A DNA stretch of 64,000 nt. Origin: Octopus bimaculoides (taxonomy: Eukaryota). The stretch's first letter is position 1. Every line of letters starts with the position of its first letter. The translations under genes were made by a program, and so were the position numbers. The stretch is from positions 22,190,183 to 22,254,182 of the forward strand of contig NC_068984.1 in the NCBI RefSeq assembly GCF_001194135.2, read 5' to 3'. Positions 12,260 through 24,960 of this stretch are shown piece after piece. The notes under the pieces are model-generated. The model was not told the DNA's origin, did not search any database, and saw nothing but the letters and a program-made list of their open reading frames with translations.

Positions 12260-12800
12260 CGTATATAAACAAGTACATCAATAGTGGCAAAACCATTTCC
12301 CCAGTTTCCCAAATAATATTTGAAGAATAAATCATTCTATGATTAATGAGTGTCGCATGCATGAATATATTTGTTAGGGTCTTTTTTGAAATCAAATCAG
12401 TCCGGAAAAAAAAGTTTAAGATAATTACAAACACAAGCAGATACTTTCTCTATCTCACCCCACCTCACAAACATGTGAATACACAATATGAACGCACACG
12501 TATGTGTGTATATGTTTAGCGGGAGAGAAGAGGATGATTATTAGCTTAAAGAAAACGAACTTCCGCCCCACATGTGAGGAGATACTTACTTGTCTTTGTA
12601 TTATTGGTCATTCGGCGTGTGCCGTGCACGTTTTGAACAATACTAAACCACAAAATTGATCCACAGATTCTTAGAAGATATGAGTACTGTCAGTCTTCAT
12701 TAAATTAAGGTTTCAAGACTGAAAATATCCCTAATCCGCCCTATATANNNNNNNNNNTGTGTGTGTGTGCGTGTGTGTGTGTTATAACGGACATATATTT

Positions 12801-12930
12801 CCCGCTCACGAGGGATTGGTCGGCCCAAAGCTACAGCAGGAGATACTCGTCCAAAGTGCTGCGCTGTGGGACCGAACCGGAGACTACATTATTGCAGGGT
12901 GAAGTTTTTAACCATACAGCCATGCTTGTA
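12801..12930 (-). mobile_element. SINE family A-related 5' half
   Basis: Reverse complement of the head and CORE-like region; same subfamily as 11755-11832. Confidence 0.65.
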
Positions 12931-13669
12931 GCAGTATACTATAGTATTTAAACAAAACAGTGTTTAGGCCTCATAATTTATATATCTTATAAAGAACATT
13001 CACACCTGAAGAATTATATTTATTACAATATACATAAAAGTAATTTAATTAAAGACTCACGTATTCTTCTGAAACTGTACAATCAATTAAATCTCTTCCT
13101 TCGTTCATTTAATATCAAATATTGTGTCTAACAATATTTTCGGCAATACACTTTAGGTGCGATACATTTTCATTTATATTTAAGCGTAATTCAAAAGGTA
13201 AAAATATTGGAATTCTCTGATCTGCAATAATGGTTTGTAATTATAATTCCAAGTCTTTAGAATAGCTCTTGACTGAATAATTTCGCTAGATGTATTGATC
13301 GAAATGAAGAGTAATTAAAATACAAAATTACAAAATAGATTAAGAGCCTTTAATTTATGTTAATTATTTATTCATTTAGCCTCTTTCTAGAAATTAAAAG
13401 ATCACCAGCAAAATACATAATCCGGCAAAGAGGCTGTTTCTAAATAGTTCGATCTACTAGAAATAGCAGCCAAGCTTTCTTGAAATCACATCTTATTGCA
13501 TTAAAGCTAGAAGTTCACATTGAACAATGTATTGATAGAGGAAACGCCTTGATTATAGGTTTGCATAACCAGTGCTCACTTAGGATGAAACTACCACAAT
13601 ATCCAAGTACAAACCTAGCAACTCTAGTAGGAAGTGGATTAATGAATTACGCCAATTTCGGTTCTTTAT

Positions 13670-13740
13670 TGGCACTTCATTTTATTGACGTCGAAAGAAT
13701 GAATGGAAAGATGGCATCGGTGAAATTTGAACTCAGCACA
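13670..13740 (-). mobile_element. SINE family B, central fragment
   Basis: CACTTCATTTTATTGACGTCGAAAGAATGAATGGAAAGATGGCATCGGTGAAATTTGAACTCAG is a degraded reverse complement of the family B centre. Confidence 0.55.
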
Positions 13741-14154
13741 AAAGCAGTCAGAACAAATGAAGCTGACATTTTGTCCATCGTTCTAACATTTCTGTCGATT
13801 CACCATCAACAAGATAACAACAATATTACAATAAGATCAAATCAACATGTCCCTTGAAATATCGAGCTGTCTGTTCATAATTACCGATAGGAGTTCGATC
13901 TCAGGCTAATGTGTACTATTTTTCCAGGACAGAAAATAATAGAAATATGTATTTTCCATAATTCTCATTGCAAAATTCCTTTTTGTAAAAATTGTAGAAA
14001 TGTCTATTAATATTTGTGGACTTAGTTGTGTGATACATCTAATTTCAATGGATTTGTTATGAAGTAACATTCTGCTACTACCGTTGAGAAATAATTTAAA
14101 AGTGAATATAATTTGTTTTGTGTATTATTCAACGGATAAAATGACTTTTACTCG

Positions 14155-14159
<5 letters not shown>

Positions 14160-14235
<76 letters not shown>
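14160..14235. repeat. (GT)n microsatellite
   Basis: Pure GT dinucleotide run. Confidence 0.97.
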
Positions 14236-14238
<3 letters not shown>

Positions 14239-15828
14239 CTATATATATTTATATATATATGGAGGGAGAGAGATGCAGATACTGAGGTAGACAGATAAAC
14301 AACTACATGTATACATATACGTTCGTAGCCATTGGATGAAGAACACCTGAACGCTTTTCTAAAACGTTTTAATGTACGCAACATACGATACATAATTTAT
14401 ATCTATTAACAATAGACGTGGTAATACAAATACCCGTGCTTGCATGCAACTAGACGTATTTACCATATTTTCTGTTCACCCTGTATCGGTGCAATAAAAT
14501 GTTGGTTAGAAAATGGCGAATAAACTTTCCCAGAACACTGTCTTGAAAACAACATTGTCTCTTTAAGGACCATAGTCCTTTTCTTTTCTTATTTCTCTTT
14601 AAAATAAGATGCGTCAAATAATTATATGCAGGAATATTCTGAGAAAGCACGGAAAGAAAAAAGAGAAGAAATATAAAACGAAACATGACAAAAATCACAA
14701 AGCGGGGTGGTTGGTTGATAAAGATAAACAGCAGGTGATGACAATGATGAGCACAGGTTGCGATAAAAATAGGAAGAAATGCGATACCTCAGCACCCAAT
14801 GCTTTCTGGTTGCTTTGCTGTTTACGCATTTTTCACGCTCACGTGTCTATTGATATGATTTCCATCTCGCTTACCTTTATTCACATCCCCTCCTTCTCAC
14901 TATTCTCTCTCACAGGTGTACATTCTAAGTTTTTGTGAAATATATATGACGTGAAGATCTTTAACAAAATTCTGATACTCTGGTATAATTGTCATTGTGT
15001 TCCTTGTTTTGCGTTGCTAGCTGATAAACAAAGAATATGACATGTATGTACCGACACACACACACACACACATATATATATAATGTACATACATATGTAT
15101 ACCACACGCACACATGCATATTTATATAAACACGAAAAGAAGGCATTGAATATGCAGCGCTGGTTTTAACAATAGAAAATATTTATTTGCATAAAACTTG
15201 TAATAGTATTACACAGGGCTGTGCGGGTGGCATATGCGAGGCATTTTCAAGACTATGAACATAAATTGCAATTCATGGTAGCAAGAAGTTAAATGTTAAC
15301 TGTAAACGTGTGTTTAATAAAGAATTCCTATGGAACAAAATATTTATGTTGTCTTAAAATGCAAACAACAGCAGTCATCATTAGCCTGATGATAAGGCTT
15401 GAATTGTTCGAGTAACTTCCACATAATTTAATAGTTTCTGCCATTTTGAGTTAAAGATCAGATGAACGTCGATAAACTTGGGTCAAATAACCTTTCAACC
15501 TGTATAAAGTTAAACTGCGTAAACTGAATATTAACTTCAAAAGGGTTCGTAGTCAACTTGATACAACACGAGTAATAAACAATCCATTTCGAAAGGCATA
15601 TCATTTCATGAACCATTTACAAAGCGAAACGAATCGCTTAAATAGAAAGAATTGTTTGTAGATAGCTTGTGTAAAACATTTTATAGTTATATTTTGTTAT
15701 TACTATAGCAAAATAGTATTTAAAAATGAAAGTTATAACATGATACTTATTAAACATCATGTAATAAATATATTAACATACACACACACACATAATACAA
15801 ACATATATATATATATATATATATATAA

Positions 15829-15959
<131 letters not shown>

Positions 15960-15972
15960 GAGCAGTAGACAT

Positions 15973-16163
15973 AAGGCGGTGAGCTGGCAGGATCGTTAGT
16001 AAGCCGGGCAAAGTGCTTAACGGCATTACGTTCGTCATTGCGTTCTGAGCTCAGATTCTGCCGAGGGCGATTTTTGCCTTTCATCCTTTCGGGGCTACAT
16101 AAAATAAATGTCAGCTGAATACCCCGAAATGGCTCACTTTGTACCAAAATGTGAAACCATTAT
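15973..16163 (+). mobile_element. SINE family B
   Basis: AAGGCGGTGAGCTGGCAGGATCGTTAG...TTTGCCTTTCATCCTTTCGGGG...GTACCAAAATGTGAAACCATTAT. Confidence 0.8.
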
Positions 16164-16696
16164 ATAGTTGCACACAGTTTTTCTACACCATAAATGCCCC
16201 AGTGATTGGATGTATCTTGTGAGATTTATGAGGGTCTAACTTAATATGCATGTATTTGTTTATGTCTTACTGTCTGTGTTTGTCCCCACTACCAATTAAA
16301 AACCAATACCAGTGTGTTTATGTCCCCATAAGTTAGCGGTTCGCCACAAAATATCGATAGAATAAGTAACATGTTTCGAAAATATAACCACCATGGCTGC
16401 TGTTTAATAATAAACTCTTATTAACTTCAATATCTCCATTTTCTTATTCTTCATATGTATTTATATATATATAGATAAATATCATAAATATATAGGGATT
16501 GACAGTAACCTGCTTCTCCAACATACTGAGAATTCAGAAATAGCAGTCAAAGAACTACTGATTTCAAAACTACAAATTATTACTCCAGATTGATAGCGAT
16601 ATTTTTGATACACACAGAACAAAAAACATTATTACTAATTGATGATTCCCTGCCCTGCATATCTATATAGATAAATAGATATGTTTGTGTAAGTGC

Positions 16697-17090
16697 AGGC
16701 ATCGTTGTGTAGTAAGAAGCCCGCTTCCCAACCACATGGTCCCTAGTTGACTCCCACTGGGTGGCACCTTCGGCACGTGTCTATAGCTTCGGGCCGACAA
16801 AAGCCTTGAGTGGATTTGGTAGAGGGAAACTGGAAGAAGCCCGTCACATATTATCTATATCTCTACGTGTCTGTGTGTCCTTGTGTCTGTTCCCCCACCA
16901 TCATGGCTTGACAACAGGTTTTGTTGTGTTTACGTCCCCGTGAAATGGCATTTCGGTAAGAGAGATCGATAGAATAAATAAAAAATAGGTCCTGGTGTCG
17001 ATTTGTTGGACTAAAATCCTTCAATGAAGTGCTCCAGCATGGTTATAGTCAACTGACTAAAACAAGTAAAAGAAAAAAATAGATAAAAGA
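16697..17090 (+). mobile_element. SINE family A, diverged full length
   Basis: All family A modules in order, ending GTGCTCCAGCATGG...TGACTAAAACAAGTAAAAGA. Confidence 0.8.
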
Positions 17091-18449
17091 ATGTGTGTGT
17101 GTGTGTGTGTGTGTATTCTTTTTTCGGGTATACAAACTCACACATATAAGCGCACAAATAAATATACAATATTAAATATGTATATCTGAATATCTGTGTG
17201 TTGTGTGTGTGTGTGTGCGTAAAACAAAAGCGGATGAATATCTGAACGTCTATTACATTGCATACACACACATTTTCAGGGTTTGTTCCTAGATGCTTGC
17301 ATAATATGTATGCTGAGTCACAAAGGATGTTTGTTTGCGTGTTTATTTATCTGTGCATGTATGAGAATATACGGGCTTGTATAACTGCGGGTGTTTGCGT
17401 GTGCTTTGTGTTGCGTATGAACGACTGTTTGAAATCTGATATCTCGGCGTTTATGGTTTAACCTTCGCAATTTATTTTTGTCGAGAACGAAACAGAATTA
17501 CATCTTGAGTTTGATCAGCTGTAAACGCGCCTTCTAGTGAGACTCGTATGAGATACATTCATGACAATTACCAGGCTAAATGAAGCGCTCTACACAATTA
17601 TGATGCGTAAGCCCGAAATTTTCTCTGCTTTTAAAATATGCTGGGAATCGCTTTCTCAAGGAGAAATCGACATCCGAAATGTCATTGATACAATGTTATT
17701 ATTTTAAACATGGACAATTGTCGACCTCAGGACTTGAATATAAAATTCTTTAGCTTACAGAATGATCATGGAAACAGAGAAAATCAGACATATACATCTG
17801 CATACACGCACCCACAGAAGCATACGTTTCCGCTTACATAAATCTCTCTTCTTATATGTTCATTCATATACATACATAGATATATATATACTTATACATA
17901 CAAAAGCGTGCGCACACACATACACTTCTGTGAAGTTGAATTGAAATTGATTACTTCCATTTATAGTGCTCTACCTATAGAAAATACAAGTGGAAAGCTT
18001 AATTTCTTTTATATTTTGGTTCGTTTAAAATATTGCACTACGATGGTTTCCACCACTAGCCGTCATCAAATGCAGTTATTGATGTATAACTAGAGAGACA
18101 GTCAGATAGATAGATAAGTAGAAACATTGAGATATATAGGCCGACTACAGAGACGTTGATAAATAAGTATTTAAACAACACATTTGCAAACCAATTTAAT
18201 TGATGAAAACATACTTGTTAATTGTTTTATTGAAGATAAAAATAAGATCGCAATTATCCAATCTTACACGTATGAAAATCCAGTTTATCGTGTCAATATC
18301 TATTTGTTTCTTAAAACATACGCTCTACACATGTATTAACATATATATATATATATAAATATATATATATGTACTTACTTGTCAATGGATGCGCGGCGTT
18401 CAATCACATAATAATATAAATAAAAAATATGCATATATGCATACATATA

Positions 18450-18529
<80 letters not shown>

Positions 18530-18539
18530 CATACGTATA

Positions 18540-18667
18540 GGACGTCACAAAATGTAAACAACATGAATACGAAGACAAACTTGGGTATGCGAAACAAATG
18601 GATAACAAGACAAATAACAAAGAACGACCCTTCATCAGTTGTCAGCTATCCATCTACTCCACATTTC
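18540..18667 (-). repeat. Microsatellite-embedded dispersed repeat with hammerhead-like half cores
   Basis: Reverse complement GAAATGTG...GACAACTGATGAAGGG...GACGTCCTA parallels 30535-30660 (GAAACGTC...GACAGCTGATGAAGGG...ACGTCCTGTA). Confidence 0.5.
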
Positions 18668-18694
18668 AATATATATATATATTTATATATTTGG

Positions 18695-18880
18695 GTCTTT
18701 GCCCCCCATTATCGCTTGACAACCAACGTTGATGTGTTTTTATCTCCCCGTAAGCTAGCGGTTCGGCAAAGTAGACCGATAGAATAAGTACTAGGCTTAC
18801 AAAGAATAAGTCCAGGGGTCGATTTCTTCGATTAAAGGTGGCCGCAGTCAAATGGCTGAAACAATTAAAAGCAAAAGTAA
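18695..18880 (+). mobile_element. SINE family A, 3' half
   Basis: GCGGTTCGGCAAA...GACCGATAGAATAAGTACTAGGCTTACAAAGAATAAGTCC...GGCCGCAGTCAAATGGCTGAAAC. Confidence 0.85.
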
Positions 18881-18924
18881 ATATACTCATGTTTTGAACT
18901 ATTTTTCCTGTTTTCGTCAACAAA

Positions 18925-18960
<36 letters not shown>

Positions 18961-19354
18961 CGCGAGCGCTTTAATATTTCGCTTCAGCATTGTGGGACTT
19001 CAATATTTCGTTTACTCATTGTAGAAATCAATGTACGTATATTTCAGAACAAAGTATTACATGAGTATAGGGCGGTAATAAGACAAATAGATGACTAAGC
19101 TCAACTGAGAGTCCACTGCGTCAGATAGCAGAAACAACTGTAAGCTAATGAAGTTCATAACATACCTACTGTTTTTCCTGTGTCATCTCTTTTTCTTAAA
19201 CACACACACAGATACACACATACATATGTATACCCTGGTGTCTGACAAGATAAATTCGTTCTAAGCGTCCGCGAAACTTTTAGTCATATGAAGCTGAGCC
19301 AAGCTATTATTAAATGTATACATGCGTGTGTATGTTTTTGCGCGCGCGTATTTG

Positions 19355-19391
<37 letters not shown>

Positions 19392-19884
19392 ACACGCAGC
19401 TGTTCATGAAATTTAATCCTGGTTTTTAATGCTAGTATTATTTAGGTGTGTCTAATAGTGTTGACGGTAATAATGGAAGGTAACGAAAGACAGAGCTAAG
19501 GTTTTGAAAGGATCTACTTAACGATGCGTCAATAAAATGGAAGACGTTCATACGTAACCACCATCCGAGTTGTTACTTCAGAGATTATGTATAAATATTT
19601 GCAAATAATATTTAAATGCGCCGAAAGATCAAATTCACGTTGGTCGTATCCAATTATAATTGACCTTTGATATTGTATCCCTGTCACTCAGTTAATCTGC
19701 CAAAACCACACTGTTATACTACAATAGCTGCACAATATTGTTAATATCTGACATTAAGACTTTGCAGTCCTATCTGATAGTGTACGAACTATTTTAGGAT
19801 GTTTAGTTTGCTAACTCTGACTTCTGAATTTCAACAACCACTCAGCTTGGATTAAGCTTTACAGCCTTTTCAATAACATGTGTA

Positions 19885-20251
19885 TATGTGGTTAGTAGCT
19901 TGCTTACCAGCCACATGGTTTCGGATTCAGTCCCACTGCGTGGCTTGTTGGGCAAGTGTCTTCTACTATAGCCTCGGGCAGACAAAAGCCCGTCGTATAT
20001 TTGTATATATATATATGTGTGTGTGCGTGTGTATATGTTTGTGCGTCTGTGTTTGGCTCCACCCAACATCGCTTGACAACGGTGTTGGTGCGTTTACGTC
20101 CTCGTAATTTAGCGGTTCGGCAAAAAAATGACCGATAGAATAAGTGCGAGGCTTACAAAGAATAAGTCCTGCGGTCAATTTGCTCAACTAAAGGTGGTGC
20201 TCCAACATGGTCACAGTCAAATGACTGAAACAAGTAACACAGTAAAGAGAG
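19885..20251 (+). mobile_element. SINE family A with an internal deletion
   Basis: Head and tail intact; the segment between two AAGCC motifs is missing relative to 43844-44248. Confidence 0.85.
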
Positions 20252-20269
20252 TATATACGCACATTTTCT

Positions 20270-20310
<41 letters not shown>

Positions 20311-20757
20311 NNNNNNNNNNNNNNNNNNNNNNNNNNNNNNNNNNNNNNNNNNNNNNNNNNNNNNNNNNNNNNNNNNNNNNNNNNNNNNNNNNNNNNNNNN
20401 NNNNNNNNNNNNNNNNNNNNNNNNNNNNNNNNNNNNNNNNNNNNNNNNNNNNNNNNNNNNNNNNNNNNNNNNNNNNNNNNNNNNNNNNNNNNNNNNNNNN
20501 NNNNNNNNNNNNNNNNNNNNNNNNNNNNNNNNNNNNNNNNNNNNNNNNNNNNNNNNNNNNNNNNNNNNNNNNNNNNNNNNNNNNNNNNNNNNNNNNNNNN
20601 NNNNNNNNNNNNNNNNNNNNNNNNNNNNNNNNNNNNNNNNNNNNNNNNNNNNNNNNNNNNNNNNNNNNNNNNNNNNNNNNNNNNNNNNNNNNNNNNNNNN
20701 NNNNNNNNNNNNNNNNNNNNNNNNNNNNNNNNNNNNNNNNNNNNNNNNNNNNNNNNN

Positions 20758-20800
<43 letters not shown>

Positions 20801-20924
20801 AAGGCTCATTTGTGCCTTAATCTCTCAGCTTTTTACTGTTGTATGCCAAGTAAAAGTTTTCCTGCAAAGCTTACATGACATGTTAGTGGGATGAACGAGT
20901 CAATAAGGAAACTAAGAACATGAT

Positions 20925-21125
20925 GCTTTGGCCTGCTAGAAACAGGATAAACTCCTCCATCAACCCACTCTCTCCTGTTTTAGAAACAAATTGTTTCTGA
21001 AAATGATGTACCCACAGCTATACCATAAATGCAAAAAAAAATTTAGAAAATGAAGCAGATAGGCATATCATGGCTGGAATGCCTTTCTCAATAATTTTCT
21101 CTGGCCAGGGCAGGTACAAGGCTAT
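20925..21125 (+). repeat. Dispersed repeat family D (unclassified); related copies near 39500-39700, 53985-54135, 56735-56930 and 58905-59075
   Basis: Shared motif TCATGGCTGGAATGCCTTT (21068-86) and its inverse CTATGATCAAAGGCATTCC (54001-19) / CTATGATTAGAGGTGTTCC (56741-59). Confidence 0.45.
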
Positions 21126-21837
21126 ACAAAATAATACAGCTCAAACAATCAATCATTTCTAAGACATTCGAGAGACATTAAAACTTTATATTGGAAGTAA
21201 ACATGGAATTCCAACGGCGTCTTTTATGCTCGTATCCGCAGGCCAATACCGTCGTGCTGCGTTATTCTATGAGACACGCATCTAAGCTGCTATATAGCAA
21301 CAAACCCAAAGCAAAGTAAAACAAAAATTAAAAAACTGCAAAGGTAAACAATAAATTACTAAGAATAAGATGAATTCATTTATTAAATACATGGTGAACA
21401 AATTTTGGACCTTATTGTCAAAAAGGTCGAAACGAAACAAAATGAACAACATATTGTCCTCTGAAGGAATGTAAGATCCAATGTCAATATCCTCATGATC
21501 ATTATCATCATAATCATCATCATCATCATTATTTTTATAAATGATAATAATTTATTAGTACTGTGGACAGACCAAATCGACTGGATAGAAGGTAGAAGAT
21601 CGGGTAAAACGTCCTGTATTTATATACATCCTTGCGTGCTTTGCGCTCAAAGCCTGCAGCATCAAGTTTGCTTTTCATTCTTTCGAGATCGATAAAATAA
21701 AGAAAAAGTGCTGGGGTTAATCTTTCTTATCTTCAACAAAATAAAATACCGTGATCACCCTAATCTACTATAACCCCTCTCGTTCCCCTTAACAAAGTAA
21801 TGAAATGATATCAATTATTGATATCATTCTTAAGATG

Positions 21838-21889
<52 letters not shown>

Positions 21890-22065
21890 TTAGCAGCAAT
21901 GAAAGTAGCAGAGAAGAGACAGTAGCAGAGAAGGTTAACGNNNNNNNNNNGCAGCAATGAAAGTAGCAGAGAAGAGACAGTAGCAGAGAAGGTTAACGTT
22001 CTTCAAGTAGAGGAATGACAGTGATAACAATTCCGATAATGCTTGTACTCATAATACTTCCTAAA

Positions 22066-22828
22066 TATAGGCACAAGGCCAGAACTCTAAAGAAACCTGA
22101 TTCTTTTGTACTCTGTTATCGACTAAAAGATGAATAAATGTCATTGCTAATTTGGTGAGAAAATATTACAACGCTTTTTTTCTCCAGCGCTCTAACGAAT
22201 CTGCCAATCCAGTTTCCATTATGTTTAGGCTAATAATTGTTTCTTATATAGGGAAAAGGTTTAGTATTTGACACATTATTTTTTCAACTATACGGGATTG
22301 AAAGGCAACGTTTACTGCAGTGGGATTTGAATCCAGAATGTAAAAAGCCGTAATTTAGTACCGCTGTGCATTTTACCCGACACTCTTATAATTCCACAAA
22401 CCCAAGACTTCTTATCATAACGATTGCTTTTAGTATGGGCACAAGGGTTGAAATTTGCGAGAGCGGTTCGTTAATTAAATCGAACCTGTACTTCACTGGT
22501 AATGTATTTCATCAAATCAGAATGAACGAAAAGCAAAGTTGACCTGAGTGGGTTTTCCGAACAAATATCACAAAGAATTTTTTCCATGCACTAAAAATTC
22601 AACCTATCCACCTTTTTCTTAGTGGTAATAATTGTCAACTATAGGCACAAGGCCTGAAACTTTTGGAGATATTACTAATCCAATTTTATCAACCTCAGGG
22701 CTCAACTGGTAATTACTTTATCGACACCGTAAGGATGAAAGGTAAAGACGACCACGGCGGGATTCGATCTCATAACGTAACGCTGATGTTGTCCGGCTTG
22801 CTAACCAGTCTGCTAGCTCGTTGCCTTT
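22066..22828 (-). mobile_element. Run of about four degenerate head-to-tail SINE family B copies
   Basis: The tail motif GGCACAAGG recurs at about 22070, 22438 and 22644, with family B head and centre remnants between them. Confidence 0.5.
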
Positions 22829-24099
22829 CTTGGTAGCAGCAAAGAAAACACTAACAAACGCAATACGAATACTAACACCAGCAACAGAGATAGTAGCGAC
22901 AACCAAAGCATTGGTAATAATGATTGTAGTATTGACAATAGTATTAGTAGTGTAGTGCAGTTGTAATAATAGTTGTAACAGCAATGGTATACTATCAGCA
23001 GAATCAAGTGCTGATACAAATTGTGCAACTGCAACAACAATTGCAATGTGGATCATGCAATGCTGGATATGAAGCAACCACAGTAGTAGCAACAGCAGCA
23101 GCTGCAGCTGCAGCAACGGCAGCAGCTTATCTCGTGCAATCAAAATGCGATATCGATAAATCTACTTTGAAAATAAGTTGATTTATCAGTAGAGAAAAAT
23201 TAGGTTAACGTTCTAGTCATTAGATTTGACAATCTGTTTCCACAGCAACGGCATCATCACTGAGTGATCGGGTGCTGCAACTTCTTGACAGCTCTTGGAG
23301 TGGAGCTTCATTGAGCTGAGTGCGAGTGATAAAGAGCTAGCATTACAAATAATAGAGGTGAGTGAAAAACTGATGGTGGCGTGTTCTTTAGATGAGAGTG
23401 AAAATTTGGGAAGAGAGACAAAGAGGGTAAGTGTGAAAGAAAGAGTGACATTCATTAAAAATGAAAGAGGAGCGAGAATGTAAGAGTGAGAGAGGTGGTA
23501 GTGATAGAGTTCAGATCTTGTTATTTATTCTTAGATTACCTCAGAGGAAACGCCTTCAAACAATGACCATCCTGCCTTTTTACGCATTTTCCCCACGGAT
23601 TATATTATCCACGATTGTGCTTAAGTTATGATTTTTAACAGATGGGTATAAATGAAAAGGATTATGGGTAGAAAGAAAAGTATAAAAGACGACGTTAATT
23701 GACGTTGATAACGATCTTGTTCTTGGTGCGGTTGCTCTTACTACTGATGATGACGACATCGCTAATGCTGCTGCTGATGATGATGATTGTGATGATAATG
23801 ATGAAAAAGAATGTAAATAGAAAAGAGATGACTGATAAGGAAATGAAAAAGCGAAAATCATATCAATATCAATATCATTATTTGTGACCGTGTGCCAATG
23901 ATAAAAATCAATATCATCATTGTTGGATTAGTAGAATCGGTAGAGCGTAGGAATAAAGTACCTTGTGGTATTTAGTTACCTCTTTTTGCATGCTGAGTCC
24001 AATTCCCGTCGGTACCGTCTTTGCTTTTTTTCTTTTTTCAATGGCTGATTTTAAAAATTACTATTGAAATACTGGGTGCAATTTTCTATTCATGGCCTT

Positions 24100-24960
24100 C
24101 CCCACATTGTGAAGTCTTGTGGCTAGGATAAAAGCCATTATAGGAAGGGTATTAAAGCCAATATAGCAGCAGCGAGAGTGATACTCATGTACAAAATACG
24201 TAGGTTGTGGTGTCAGAGTTAAGGTGATGATTATATAAGTGCAAAATGCGTTCGTAAAACCCGGATAGGAGAAAAGGGACATGGTAATAAAGTTACAAAC
24301 TGAACTTCCGTGAACCACGACGCATGCGTACTCGTCGATTCAGGACAGATGTGTGAAGCTTCCAGCAGCATTTTGAGAATAATGGTGGAAAGGGTAGACT
24401 TTAGTAACTACCTCGACGGCCTCGACTGAAAAGGCGAAGATTTGTATGAAAAACAGAAAAAAAAAAAAATCACATTTGATATTTGTGCGGAGAAGAGGGG
24501 AAATTGCTTGGTTTGGTTGGTCTGTGCTGAGAACTTTATGGATATATGCCAGACTTGTGCTCCACACTCTTGGCAAATGTCTATCGCGACTGGCAACAGA
24601 CTGGAAACATTCCCAGTCATGTTAGCTGGGGAGTATTTGCGATGCTAAGGGAAGAACGAAGAGGATAACAGAGACAATTTCTTGTCCATAAATCTGTGGA
24701 ATACCGAATTTCAGATCGGTCAAAGTAGGCAGAAAAAAATGGCGCTTGTTATAAGAATGTGGTAGGAAATGGACAGAACTGAATGACACCCGGCAATTCC
24801 GGCGAGACTAACCGAGTTGTACATTGTAGACAAAGTCATAATGCAAGCACTCGTGAAGGGTCCGAGCATTGCTCATTCCTTTTTTTCTGCCGAATAGCTG
24901 TTGTCACAAGCTATCGAACGATTCCATCGTAAAGATTGATCCACCACGCTCAGTTGATAA
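24100..24960 (-). mobile_element. Decayed CR1/Jockey-like LINE reverse transcriptase fragment
   Basis: Minus-strand translation with stops and frameshifts gives IYGQEIVSVIL..ASQILPS..CFQ..HLPRVWSTSLAYIHK..PT..QAIS(L)FSA.ISNV and YACVVVHGSS, resembling the RT motifs YGPDGVPPIVL..ASVLAP..LFQ..FPxxWK.A.I.P..K..NYRPISLLS.ISKV and RxQxVVVNGxxS. Confidence 0.55.

Noticed and set aside
13480-13857. 125-aa ORF with normal-looking composition
   Set aside because: It overlaps an antisense SINE B fragment and a family D motif and shows no protein homology I can recognise.
21893-21998. Perfect 48-bp direct repeat
   Set aside because: The two copies sit on either side of a 10-N gap, typical of an unmerged contig overlap.
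22718-23181. Poly-Q/A/L-rich ORFs resembling a low-complexity protein
   Set aside because: Degenerate trinucleotide repeats joined to a SINE B head; no supporting splice context.
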